Positions 28,120 to 41,836 are shown, counted from the stretch's first letter. The stretch: 64,000 bases of DNA from Felis catus (GCF_018350175.1 NC_058368.1:159900001-159964000), one strand, 5' to 3'. The notes: generated by a model not told the origin, from the sequence alone. Numbers and translations: made by a program.

Positions 28120-28146
28120 AACTTTATATGGCTAAGACTCCAACCT

Positions 28147-28257
28147 TTTTTTTTTTTTTTTTTTTTAAGTAATCTCTACACCCAACGTGGGGCTTGAACT
28201 CATGACCCTGAGATCAAGAATCGCATGCTCCACCCACTGGGCCAAACTGGTGTCCCC
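28147..28257 (-). mobile_element. Short Can-SINE
   Basis: Long T run; TSD taagactcc. Confidence 0.8.
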
Positions 28258-29227
28258 ATTTGGGTAAGACTCCAAATAAAACCAAACATTGTTTTAGTTC
28301 TCTTCCAAATCCCTTAATTTTATAGCCTTTTAGAGCAAAAAAGCAGTAATCCATCTTATTGAAACCAAAAATATGTAAATTTACAAGTCAAAAAGGGACT
28401 CGTATTATGATTTACATTAGGTATGAAAGAAACAAGCTATGTTAGTAGTCTGAGTAAAGATACCCATCAGATAATGTGCATTAAGGAGAAAGGGGACAAG
28501 GATAGAATTTCTTTTTTAACTTTAATCATCACTCCTTCAGAAATATGTCATTACAGTTTTTTGCTTTGGTATGTAGCTGCACTGCATAAAGCAAGAAATC
28601 AGCAGACTAATAAACTGACAGGACTGGTTTATGGCCATTTTATAGTATTCCTAACTTGTCTTGCAGTTTGGCTTAACACTGATCTGATCTGGTAATCATT
28701 AAGTGATTTGTATAATACAGCAGCTCAGACTTAAAATTTTAAGATCAACCGTGCTGCTGCTTCTAAAATAAAAGGGAAAATAAAAGTGTGCATTTTACAC
28801 TGTTTGAGAATATTAATTCTTACAAGGCTATATACTCACACCTGGAAGATGAGTTGCTAAATTTATGTAACAAATTTGTTTATTTGGAACTGCAAACTAA
28901 AGATATTACTAACAATAATTTGGTGAAGTGCAGAGATTTTTAAAAATAAAATGCAATCTGAATTTTAATGAAACAATGTTGACTATTTCTTAATGACAGA
29001 GGTGCCACCTGTGCCTTATCATGATGTGAATTAATATTAAGCAATCATTCATAAATAAAAAGCTTTAAAGGGAAAAAATGAAAACAATCGCCTTCAGATT
29101 ACTTCTTTAAATAGTATTTTGTTATCTAAACTTCAGAATAGGAAAAATAAACTGAAATATGAGACAATTAGATGGTTACATAATTACAATTTAGGAAATT
29201 AACATTTCCTGAAAAGTACATCACTTA

Positions 29228-29449
<222 letters not shown>

Positions 29450-29700
29450 TCAACAAAGATCTACTTCTTTCAATGATATCTATATGAGTAAATATAGCAC
29501 TGTTTGACGTTAAAATAAGCATTAAAGCTCGCCTCACAGCTCTTAAATATCAGGGTTTTTTTTCCCTCAGATTTTCTTCAGAAAGTAAGGTTTTTCATTA
29601 TCATTTAAATTCAACCTTTGTGCATGTAAAAGCTTTGGATTAATTTACCTTCTGTAAAAATGGTTACTTTCTGCACTGCAACACATCATGAAGCAGTCTT

Positions 29701-29764
29701 TTTTTTTTTAAGTTTATTTCGAGAGAGAAAGAGACAGAGAATGTGCACTTGTGTGGGGGAGGGG

Positions 29765-29825
<61 letters not shown>

Positions 29826-29942
29826 CGACCGACCGACTGAGAATCCCAAGCAGGTTCCATGCTGACAGTACAAGGTTGAGATCATGACCTGAGCTGAATC
29901 CAAGACTTGGGTGCTTATCTGACTGAGCCACCCAGGCGCCCC
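29701..29942 (-). mobile_element. Can-SINE with compound microsatellite
   Basis: TSD tcatSaagcagtctt. Confidence 0.9.
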
Positions 29943-30327
29943 AATCATCATCAAGCAGTCTTAAAACACAGAATGTTAAAAAATAAAATATTTCAGACTA
30001 TAACTTAATACCTTAGACTCACTCTAATGTAGAACAAAATGTAAAAATATGAGGATCTTTTATAAAATAAAATATGCTGTCAAACTATTAAAATCAATTG
30101 ACCTATAAGTATAAATTGTCTATTCTTCTAAACCTTTGGGACAAAACAAAGTAACTAATGAATTTTGCTCTTACCATATTTTGGCTACTCAAAGAGTTGG
30201 GGATACTTGATAGAAACCAACCTTTTTCCTTACCCTACGTATCACTAGCATGCTAATAAAAAGAAGACATAACAAAAATTGATGATTCAGTTAAAATACA
30301 ATTTGTGCAATAAAAACTATAACCTTA

Positions 30328-30550
30328 GGGGCGCCTGGGTGACTCATTTGGTTGGGCATCCAACTTTGGCTCAGGTCACAATCTCAAGGTTTGTGAGTTC
30401 AAGCCCCACTTTGGGCTCTGTGCCGACAGCTCAGAGCCTGGAACGTGTTTCATATTCTGTGTCTCCCTCTCTCTCTCTCTGTTCCTCCCCTGCTCGCTCT
30501 TGCTCTCTCTCTCTCAAAAATAAATAAAAGATTTAAAAAACAAAACAAAA
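30328..30550 (+). mobile_element. Can-SINE
   Basis: TSD aaactataacctta. Confidence 0.92.
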
Positions 30551-30750
30551 CAAACTATAACCTTACACCAAAAGTAGAATGAAAATATCACTAAAAAAGC
30601 AAACTAATTATATAATTAACATATATTAATATATATTAACATGTAAAACAAATTTAAAATGAACAATGATTAGTAATAATAATTTACAAGTAGTAAAGTT
30701 GGGTTAGTTCAGGAATGTTAAGGATGGATCAATTACAGACAATATATTTA

Positions 30751-30889
30751 GTGAGTTCAAGCCCGTGTCGGGCTCGGTGCTGACAGCTCAGAGCCTAAAG
30801 CCAGCGTCAGATTCTGTGTCTCCCCCTCTCTCTGCCCCTGTCCCACTCGTGCTGTTTCTCAGAAATAAATAAACATTAAAAAAAAAAAA
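30751..30889 (+). mobile_element. 5'-truncated Can-SINE
   Basis: Starts at gtgagttcaagccc; A tail. Confidence 0.85.
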
Positions 30890-31229
30890 TCCTTGTATTG
30901 TTGCTGTGGAAGGGCCACTCTTATTATAAATTAACTGTCTATATTATGTGTGGAATTGTTTCTGTGGATTTTATTCTGTTTTACTGACCTATTTGTCCAA
31001 ATCATTTGGAAGTTATCCAACTTTTGTCAGGAATAACTTAAATAACATTAGAATCAAATATTTTTTACTTAAAATTAGAACTCAGCCAGGCCTGATTTTT
31101 TTTTTTTTTAAAGAAATCTTTTTCTTTCTAATTTTAGCATTACTCCTGTATCTGTTCTCTACATTTCCTGCTTCTTGTTCAATTTTGGTAGTTTATATTC
31201 TGCTAGAAAATGATTCATTCAGTGTATGT

Positions 31230-31870
31230 CATTTGACTGCATACCCTGTTCTCAGCATTGTCCTAGACTCAGGAAATAGAGCAGTAAATAAAAAGACACC
31301 TTGCCTTTGTGGAACCTGTACTCTAGTAGGAGAAAACAGCCAATAAATAAATAGACTATGTGTTGGATGGTGACAACTGTGATAAAGAAAAAGAAAGCAA
31401 GAAAAAGTAGAGAGGTTTCTACTTCATATACAGTATCAGAGAAGAGTGATGTTTGAGCAGACATCTAAAGAAAATGAAGGAGTAAGCCATTGTGAGCAGA
31501 GGAAGTTCTAAAATTTTTATGTTCAAAGGAACAGTATAAATGACAGTGTGGCTGGGACCTACTAAGTGAGGGAAGTAGCAGAGATGATGGGAGTAATAAA
31601 TCAGATGCAGCATCTTTTGGCCTATAATTATGAATCTTTTAATCCTGAGTGAGAGGGAAAGCCACTCAAGGATTTTAGGTAAAAAATAAGAGAGGTGACT
31701 TTATTCTCCCTGACAGTCACTATCACTCTGGTTGCTGTGGGGAGTATGCACTGAGGAACAAAAAGGGTATAGCAGGGGATAGAGTGGGAATGGTGAAAAC
31801 AGCTATGAAGCTATTGAAAGAATCCAGGGATGAGATGGCTGTAGCTTGAAGCAGTATGGCAGAGCCAATA
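31230..31870 (+). mobile_element. L2 remnant
   Basis: gtgatgtttgagcagacatct, gggaaagccactcaaggattt, tcactctggttgctgtgg motifs; similar remnants at about 18230-18680 (+) and 6900-7320 (-). Confidence 0.55.
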
Positions 31871-33324
31871 TCATTTGCTTAGTCCAGTATCATTTGTTCA
31901 TTGACCGATTGGGGGGCGGGGAAAGGGGATAAGAAAAAAGGAGGAATTCATGACAAAAATCCATGCGCTAAGGCCAGGGCCTGAAGATGGGAAATGGAGC
32001 AATGGTAATAAATATTTATAAAGTACTTACTATGTATCAGAAGCTGTGTGTTGTGTAAAAGGCACCTCTTTTGATTCCAGTAGTAGGCCTTTGCAATAAA
32101 TACTATTTATTGTATTGAAGAAAACTGAAGTTCAGACTGAAATAACATCTGGCAAACCCAGGTCTGACCTGGAACTCTGTATTCATTCTTTACTATTAAA
32201 TTATACTCACATTTAGGAGACAGATCAATAAGGCACAAAATAAGGTGTTAAATTAGGCAAGGATGTGAAGGAAAATGAAGACTGAGAAAAGGCCATTAAA
32301 TTTATAATTACAGCTATTCCCAAATAAAATTTATACAGTAGTAAAATCCTAATCATGTAAGCTCTGGCTCCAGAGTCTATGTTTAAAATTATTCCATTCT
32401 TCATCTCCATAATACAAGAGATTTTAAGATCAATTATGAAGGTTAGTGAAGAAGAAATTCATGTATTGGGCACAACAGGAAATTTTCCTTTAAGGCAATT
32501 ATATGAACAAGTCAGAAAGCCAAGGAGGAAATGTGGGCAAAGAAAAGAGGCAAGAGGTGCAATTTCACCAAACTCAGTAATGAGCAGGTAAAGGAAGCAG
32601 TTCAAAGAGTTCATTTTCACCTCAGAAAAGCAAAAGCATATCGCCATCTACCTTCCCATTTCTACCCAACAGAGAGGGGTTTAAAATAAAAAATTAATAG
32701 AAAATGGATAGGCTAGGTTAAGAAGAACCAAGTCACAAACAGAAAGATTAATCTTAAAAAGATGCTAAGTAATGCCAGCCTGTAAACCTGAAGACACAGA
32801 AATGAAAAGTCTAGAGATATGTACAAATAAGTGAGATGGAAGATAGGAACAAGAGTAGCTTATCTGAATGTCTCCAATATTATTAGGGATTGGAGGGATG
32901 TGAACACCCAAAAATAAGGAGGAGAAAAACCTACGGTAGGAACTATTATACTTAAAGTGCATGAATAATATCTGAAGCCCTATTAGGGCATGCCATGGAA
33001 TTAGCAGGAATGAATAAATGGGTTCACTGATCAACCTTCTCTAGTTAGGATACAAAGTAGAAGCAAACAGGACAAGAAGTTAACCCGGGGAATCTAGAAT
33101 GGTACAGTAGGTAAAACAAAAATGTGATTTTAGAAGTGAAAATTTCCACCTTTCAAGTCTAGCATTTAATTTATACCAGCAATAAACTTAAGATTACACC
33201 TTAGTCGTGCCAAAGATTCAGATTCTAGGGATCCTAAAGAGGAAATACTCTTTCTTATAAGAATATATATTTACACGCATTTGTGCATACTGTAACTATA
33301 TATAAATATGATTCTTTCTTTCTG

Positions 33325-33422
33325 AGGAGGCTCCATGCCTAGGGGATGTACCCAGTGTAGGGCTTGAACTCACAACCTCGAGATCAAGAGTCAGACGCTT
33401 TACCAAGTCACCCAGGCGCCCC
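33325..33422 (-). mobile_element. Short/partial Can-SINE
   Basis: gggcttgaactcacaacctcgagatcaagagtcagacgc...ccaggcgcccc. Confidence 0.75.
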
Positions 33423-34129
33423 AATGAGATATACATTTATATATCAGACTATAAATTTTCACTTTGGGTGCTACCAATAACAGCATGTCTCTTATTCAAG
33501 GATAATTTGTACCGGTCTCATATCACGCAGTCTTTTTTTTTCTAACAGTATTACTCCTTCTTGATTTTGCTCTGTATCTGGATTCTTTTAGTCCTTTATC
33601 AATCTGATGGCATATCTATATTCAATAACAATATCCACTACAACAATTTCTTAAAATAAAGGCACTAGCTGAAAAACTTTCCATGTATTAACTCAGTTAA
33701 TCATTATACTTACTTTTCAAACTGGCTCCAGAGCCAGTATATTCAATTACTATACCGAACTGTTTTTCCACACTGCAACCTCACTATAAAGTTTTCCTCA
33801 AAATTTGTATCACAGTTAATTTCACAGTTGAGACTATTTTGGTTTCCTGATTATATTCAGTAAATAAATCATCTGGAAAAAGGCCAAGATAGTTCCTCTC
33901 TGACTCTGATGAACATAAAAGCATGGTACCATGTAAAACCAGTATTTTTTAGACCAGTGTTACTCAAGGTCTATGAACTTGTACTAGTCCACAATGGGGG
34001 ACAGGTACAGAAATTTTAGAAACCTTCATATCAGTTTGACAGTGCAATTTTATGTCTGTCATAAGCCCCAGTGGGCTTATTACATTTTGTGTATTTTTCC
34101 CTTACTTTCACTTCTCTAACGAAATTATT

Positions 34130-34160
<31 letters not shown>

Positions 34161-34541
34161 ACTATACTTTCTAAGAATACTGGCCTATAAAATACTGGGG
34201 GGAAAATAGCTAGTCATTTACTGTAGATAAGAAGCACTGTTTTATATAGATAAAAGGTTCAGGAACTGAAAACTTTAAAATTCTGAAGCTGAAGGGAAAA
34301 AAGTTCACTCTAAGTGTTCCTTAAATGACTTTCCCTAAAGTCTTTAATAAGAAGTTTTTCCAAGTTAATTGTACATTTATGATAACTTCCAAAATTTAAA
34401 TCTATTGCCTTTATCAATCTGAATTGCAATACTACCCAATTCAAATACATTTCTAAATTAAAAGCTCCAAAAGATAAAACTGCCAATTAAAATAAAATAT
34501 TATATGAATTCTTACTAATAACCAGTAAGTCTACTACTTAC

Positions 34542-34682
34542 AATGCTGAATGTCTTCTGATCTAGCTCTTCAGATTCTTCAGATATGGGAACTGGTTCAC
34601 CACTTGCTGTGATATGAACTGGAGCATCTGACACTGAAGATTTCTTGGATCTTTCCTTGCTATCAGACTTGGATTCACTCAA
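34542..34682 (-). CDS. CHD1: CHD1 exon (141 nt): [14 protein letters not shown]...ELDQKTFSI
   Basis: ttctttag|TTG; ATT|gtaagt. Confidence 0.95.
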
Positions 34683-35035
34683 CTAAAGAAAAAGAGGGGG
34701 AAAAAATCCAGCAACAACAAAGGTGAAATGATTAACACTTTCAGAAAACAATTAATGTCTCTTTTTATTCTATAATTGCTTGTTCACATTCCATACTCTT
34801 TATCTTTCCCCAATTTTATTTGGGGAAACCAAAAATAAATTACTATGTAACATTACCCTACAGGTAAGGCATTTAAAAAAACAGATCCAAACCTATTTTT
34901 CTCCTCTTCTAGATACCCACATGTATTTTTAAAGAACTTATTCAGGCTAATTTGGACTGATAGGCAGTTTATTTTCCTAAAATGTAAATATGTTGATTTT
35001 GTCACTTTCTAAGTTTTACATTATGATTTGCATAC

Positions 35036-35299
35036 CTTTTCTTCCTTTATGTCTTTTTCTTTCTGTATAGCTTCTTTTACTTTGTTTTCTCTTTTCTCTT
35101 TAAAATCTTTTTCCTTTAAATCTTTCTTATCCTCTTTTTCTTTTATCTCCCTTTTAAGTTCTCTTTTATTCTCTTTTTCTTTTGCTTCCCTCTTTTCTTC
35201 TGATTCCTTCTTTATAAAAACATCTGGCTCAGGTCTTTCTTCACTGTCTCTTTCTGTTTTAATTTTTTTATTTGGATGTTTCACAGAAGTGATCTCATC
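35036..35299 (-). CDS. CHD1: CHD1 alternative cassette exon (264 nt, 88 aa, K/E-rich): DEITSVKHPNKKIKTE...EKDIKEEK
   Basis: ttttcag|GAT; AAG|gtatgc; phase 0-0, stop-free; the flanking exons also join in frame without it. Confidence 0.85.
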
Positions 35300-35715
35300 C
35301 TGAAAAGTGCAAGTATGGCCAATGTATTACTAACCAAATCTTGACAAAGACTAATTTCTTTCTTTGTATGAGTATGGATTGCATGTATGTGGATTCGGAA
35401 AGAAATAACCCAGAATCCCATTAATAATGATACATGCAATGTTCAACCTTCCTATAAAAACTAAAGCAAGCCAGTCCCATTCAAAATAAAATCAAAGGAG
35501 ACAGAACCTCATTTAAATAGCAAACCTCTGAAAAGGAAGAACCTTTGCTCTATCCCTCTTAGTGACATTCTATGGGACAAGTAGAATTCTGTTCTGCATG
35601 TGAGACTATGTAATAAACTACACAAAAGGAACTTCAGTACCTAAATGTAAAATTTTAGGTCTTAGTTCAATTTTTAAATGGCAAGTATACTAAAACACGT
35701 TATGTTCCCTTTCTA

Positions 35716-35880
<165 letters not shown>

Positions 35881-36716
35881 CTAAAAATAATTATTTTATT
35901 CTAACCAACTCCAGAGATTCAATTTTAAAAAATTCCTTAAGTAGTAAATCTTAAAAGTTAACACATATTCCTACCCAATCCTTGGTCTATTGGTAATAAG
36001 TTACACCAATCTCAGAAAGTCAACAAAACTGACATAATTTAATGAGTCAAGAATATATTATCATGAGTAACTGATACTAACTATAATTATTCCTTTAAAA
36101 AAGAATTAAAGCAAAGTGGAAGTTGAAAAAAATGGGAGGTTTTTCACCTTCCTAATTTACAATTATCTTCAACTAAATTTGATCCTAACAGAGATAGCAT
36201 TAAAATTATTTTACATAAAAATTATTTTACACAATGTAATTATATAATCACATTGTGATTATAATGTAAATTGTAAAGACTGTTTCTAATGACCTCTCTT
36301 TCAGTGTATTTTTCCTACTCTTCTGAACCCCTCTCATAAATAAGCTCTGTGACCTTTAATGCTGTACCTTTAGCTCTCTAATAACACCAAATAAAATAGT
36401 CATAGAGGCCCGACCTCTCAAAAATTACTCCTCTCTAAACAAGTTGCCCCCACCACCTATCCAAACACCAGGAAACACACACATACACACACACACACAC
36501 ACATACACACAACCCAGGATCCTACTTCTGAAAGACTTACCAGTTTTAAAAGAAATACAGAGACAACTGAAGGCAAATATCACCATATACAATTAAAGCT
36601 ACTAAAATATAGAAAAATACATTTATAAGGTCATATTAGACTCAGATGTCTAGGGCTATCACTAAACTACATTTACTGAAAAGTAAATTGCTCTCAAGCA
36701 CTAAATTTTAACTTAC

Positions 36717-36839
36717 TGCACCAGAAAGTCTCTGAGCTTCTTTTCTTGCAAGATCTTTACTAAGTAATTTGATGAGGTAGTCTGCACGTGTCTGCAACTG
36801 CTTTGCTTGTGGTTTTTTATCAGGATCATCTGGAAGAAT
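36717..36839 (-). CDS. CHD1: CHD1 exon (123 nt): [26 protein letters not shown]...QRLSGA
   Basis: ctttcag|ATT; GCA|gtaagt. Confidence 0.96.
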
Positions 36840-37804
36840 CTGAAAGAAATTAACTTTTTCAGGTTGTTCTTAATAAATTACATGAAAATGTTACTGCCTA
36901 AAAAATTCTCACTCATTGAAAGAAATACATACAATTTACTGACAGGTTACAACTGTTAAAATTTATGGGCATTAAACAACTAAGAGTGCAAAATACATTT
37001 TTATATACCTACCCCACAGCAAAGATTTAATTTGCCTGCGAATAAGTTCTAAATAAATACATGAAAAAAAAAATGCCTACATTCAAAATAATAATACAAA
37101 GTGTGAGGTTAAAAATTTCTTTTCCAATATACAAGTGTATTTAGCATCCAGTGTTATTAAACATTACAGTATTCTTAGATATCCTTCCTTTCTCAGTAAC
37201 AGTACATTTAACTGTACAGTATACAAAGAGTCCTAGAACAATGTTATCATCTATTTAAGGTGACCCAAAGCATGCACCTTGAGAAAATATCCACAGCGGG
37301 ATTTTAAACTATTTTAAGTTTGGCCTCACAGGCAACAAATGACACAGCACCAATATCAAAAGGTTCCCCTCTGTCTATGAAAAAGTAAAATATAAAAATA
37401 TAATTTAAATAAGATAAAAAGGTAAGGCAATGCTTCCAGTGTTTTCCAGTTTAGGCAAAGAAATGATTTTAGCTACCAGGGTAGTATCAAATCACCAAAA
37501 TCCCTAAGCATTGTTTGATTTTAGCAAAAAATTATAAAATATTTCAGAATTTTTTTTGCTAAAAATAAGATAATGATGGAATTAGAGGTTTACTTTAAAC
37601 TTAATGCTATGAAGAAAAATATACCTATGCCTTAGTAACAAGTATATAATTTTAGAGGTAAAGCAAAATCTCACATCATTTAAATTCAATCCCTTCATGA
37701 AAACCAAGAAGCCAAGGTCATACAGCTCGTTAGGGCCTTGGTTTCCCATCAGTCTAATTAATTTCTAACATAATTTAAAAGAAAAAATCTAACATCAGTG
37801 GTCA

Positions 37805-38062
<258 letters not shown>

Positions 38063-38197
38063 CTATGCTTTATTTTATCTTTAAAAACATTTCATTCAAG
38101 CTAGCCAGTGACATAAAAAAAACATTTCGAACATCCATACACAGGCGAATTATTGAGTAACAATAAATATTTTATAATGGGTATAGTAAATAACTCA

Positions 38198-38338
<141 letters not shown>

Positions 38339-39021
38339 TTAATTTTTATAAGACATAAAAAAGTATGAAGTATACAATTCTAAGCAAGATACACTATGAT
38401 GTATATTAATAAGCATTACTTATTTAGCTAATCAATTCATTTTACCTGTTTATATATTTGGGAGGGGGCACTTGTTGGCAAACTTTAAATTCACTACAAG
38501 ATTTTTCAGTACATACTAGTACTTACATTATAGCAGATGTGAATTCACAGAAAGCATTTCACAGAAAGCATTTCTTAATTGTTTTACCAATTGCACAAGA
38601 TACCTCAGTCTATTAATGCTGTCACCTTCTAAATAAGAGTTCTAGCATGATTTTTTCCAGTACATTTTATTACTAAATCTTATCTAAATATTTTCATTTA
38701 GGTAGATAAATTACAAAATAAGCATAATGAAGTAATTATGTCCAAAAACCATATTATACATGTACACTATCTTTTCCTAGCCATTTATATACAAAAAATA
38801 CAGTAACACCTAATGCTACCTACCAGCTAGAATATACCAGACAGAAAGACAAACTCTATTGGTTTCAGTAATACAATTCTATTACCCATTTCCTATTACC
38901 CAGGAATGGTCCTGCTTTGTTTTTTAAAGCATCTTTCAAGAGTGATGAGTAGGTAGCTAAGATATAATACATACCAAACTCAATAAAAGCATAATTTGAA
39001 ACTTCTATTTACCTCCCTTTA

Positions 39022-39198
<177 letters not shown>

Positions 39199-39510
39199 TC
39201 AGGTAAATATGCAGAATAAAGTGGCACCATTTAAGGGAGACTAAGTTTCACTTTATCTCAAGCTCTACAAGTCACTTTCCATGCCCTACAAATTCTGGTT
39301 CAGATAACTGGCACAAGATACATAAAAAAAAAAAAAAAATTTATATGTGAAAATATTTGGCAGGGAAACAATTCATTTATATATTCAAGAATAATAAAGT
39401 TAACCAATTCATTACAGAATGGTATGCTTCAAATTGAAGATTATGTAACAATTCTGTAAAAGCTTTTAATAACCAAATATTAAATTCAAAAGCAGTTAAG
39501 CACTGTAATA

Positions 39511-39590
39511 CAGATGAACTTTAAACAACACAGGCTTGAACTGGGCAGGTCCAGTTATCTGGATTTTTTTCGATAAATACAGTACTCTAA
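39511..39590 (+). mobile_element. Tigger2-like terminal fragment
   Basis: TA + cagatgaactttaaacaacacaggcttgaactg...ggtcca. Confidence 0.45.
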
Positions 39591-39771
39591 ATATTCAAAA
39601 TAAAACAAATACTTTTAAAATGGAGGTTAAGAGAGAAAAAATAGAACTAAGCCAATTTGAGTCTTTGCCACTGTATATTCAGACAGTGGGTTAGCCACAA
39701 CCAAAGGTCAAAGAATATTCAAATCACCAACAATTACTGAGATTAACCATTAACTTAAAAAAAACAAAACA

Positions 39772-39985
39772 GGGGCGCCTGGGTGGCTCAGTTGGTTAAG
39801 CAGCCAAATTCGGCTCAGGTCATGATCTCACGGTCCGTGAGTTCGAGCCCCGCATCGGGCTCTGTGCTGACAGCTCAGAGCCTGGAGCCTGTTTCAGATT
39901 CTGTGTCTCCCTCTCTCTCTGACCCTCCCCTGTTTATGCTCTGTCTCTCTCTTTCTCAAAAATAAATAAACGTTAAAAAAAAAAA

Positions 39986-40019
<34 letters not shown>

Positions 40020-40020
40020 A
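39772..40020 (+). mobile_element. Can-SINE
   Basis: Full head, CT tract, (CAAAA)n tail. Confidence 0.92.
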
Positions 40021-40499
40021 CCTGTCCTGATAATCTGAATTTTAATAGCTTGTATAAGAAGGAACTCTAATTAGGGAAACTTAAGAAAATTTCCCTAGTA
40101 GGGAAACAGAACTGGGCTTTAAGTCAAAAGACTGAAATTAGCAGCTCACCTTCTGGAAGGATAAATCTGCTTTTCATGTTTGTGATGGAAAAAAAGGGAT
40201 AAAAGCATATGCAAAGTACAATTATGAAAACGCTGAGTATTAAAAAAAATGCTAAGTATTTTATAGATCTATGTATTTTAAAAAAAACTTCATTTGTAGA
40301 TAAAATTTTAGAGACTAGAAGGAATTGAGAATATAAAAAATCTTTTTAAAAGTCTACTTGAAATTTGCTTTCTACAGACTTTGTAAATGACTTTTAAAGC
40401 AAATTTAACAAAGTAGCTAAAGTGAGTATTAGCATAAGTAAATAAAGTTGACGGCATGTAACCCACATGTAATTCTATGAGAATGACAAACATGTTTAC

Positions 40500-40541
40500 C
40501 TTTCCAGAGGGCCACCGAACTTCTTGTAACTCTTGATAAAC
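40500..40541 (-). CDS. CHD1: CHD1 small exon (42 nt): FIKSYKKFGGPLE
   Basis: ctgttag|GTTT; AAG|gtaaac; phase 2-2 fits both neighbours. Confidence 0.95.
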
Positions 40542-41836
40542 CTAACAGAAAATAATTGTTTGGTTTAAATGTGGGCTTCACTATCCATTAAAAAACAGAT
40601 TTGTAAATATACAGAAATAAGAAAATACTTGTTAGTTCAAAAATTAATTCAAGGTACTGTTTACTACCAACAGAAATGAATAAACTATGCTAAAGACAAA
40701 AATGTTAAAACATTAAGATATACCAAGTAAGACAAGACATATTTTAACACCCAGGATGATGTTCAGAAACCAATATAAATAAAACAATAGAAGCTAAATT
40801 TTATTTTAGAAATTACTTTATTATTTTCACAAGTTCAAGGCTACCACAGGAAGTGTCTCCCAAATTATCAATCAATCATAGTACACCTCCTCAAATTCCA
40901 AGTACTGTTTTCCGAATAATACCTTTAACTCAGATGTATGGTTATTATACCAACAATGGAAAATAAAAATTTTACTTAGGAACAAAGCTACCCAAGTGGT
41001 TGATGGATGAGGGAAAATATCCAGGAAAAGTAGAAGCTGAAATGTTCTTCAACTAAAGACAGAAAGTCCAGCAAATCAGGTGGTCATAAAAGTACTCTTA
41101 ATAAAATCTAACAATATATTTAGTTTTCTGGCAGAAAGAAGGAGGAAGAACTTTATCAGTCAGGTCTATGGTTTAAAAGAAAAGAGTTACAATGACTTGA
41201 AAGAAACAACAAACTCCCAAAATACAGCAATGAGCAACCTTTTCACAAATTTCATAAGCAAAAATTGACATAAACAAAAGTTGGCTGTTATCCCGTTCCC
41301 CTTAAATAAACGTGTATAAAGAAACGCATATTTTGAAAGAGAACTACAATTTATCCTAGATGACTATCTTACCTCAATTCCTACCTGGACATATCAGAAA
41401 TACTTTTAACATTGTTACTTTCAAAAAGCAAATCTCAGTGTTAAAAAACCTAGAAAAAAATGGAACTAAAGTATTCTCACATAAAAATAGTAACGCTGGG
41501 AATCATAAATGCAGTGAGAAATTTTAATAAACAAATTGAATGTACTAAAATATATATTATTCAATAGGGCCACTATTCTGAACCAGATTAGTAAAAGCAA
41601 AAAAATGTTGCAGTCTAAATAGACTAACAATAAATAACATGCAGAGACTAGATAATCAAACTTTATTTTTCATAGCTATAATGAACACCCAAAACCAGAA
41701 CCATCTAATCCCTGCACAATCATATATTTGCCTCCTCTAGAACTTTCATCTTAATCTTTGAAAATATGGAATTTGTATATTTTATTTCACCTTCTAAAAA
41801 AATCAAGCTGAAGTAAAATAGTCTTATGTCATCTTA

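Noticed and set aside
28842..28889. A further 48-nt cryptic exon (tttgcag|...CAG|gtgtga)
   Set aside because: Weak pyrimidine tract and ambiguous donor; such pairs arise by chance in AT-rich introns.
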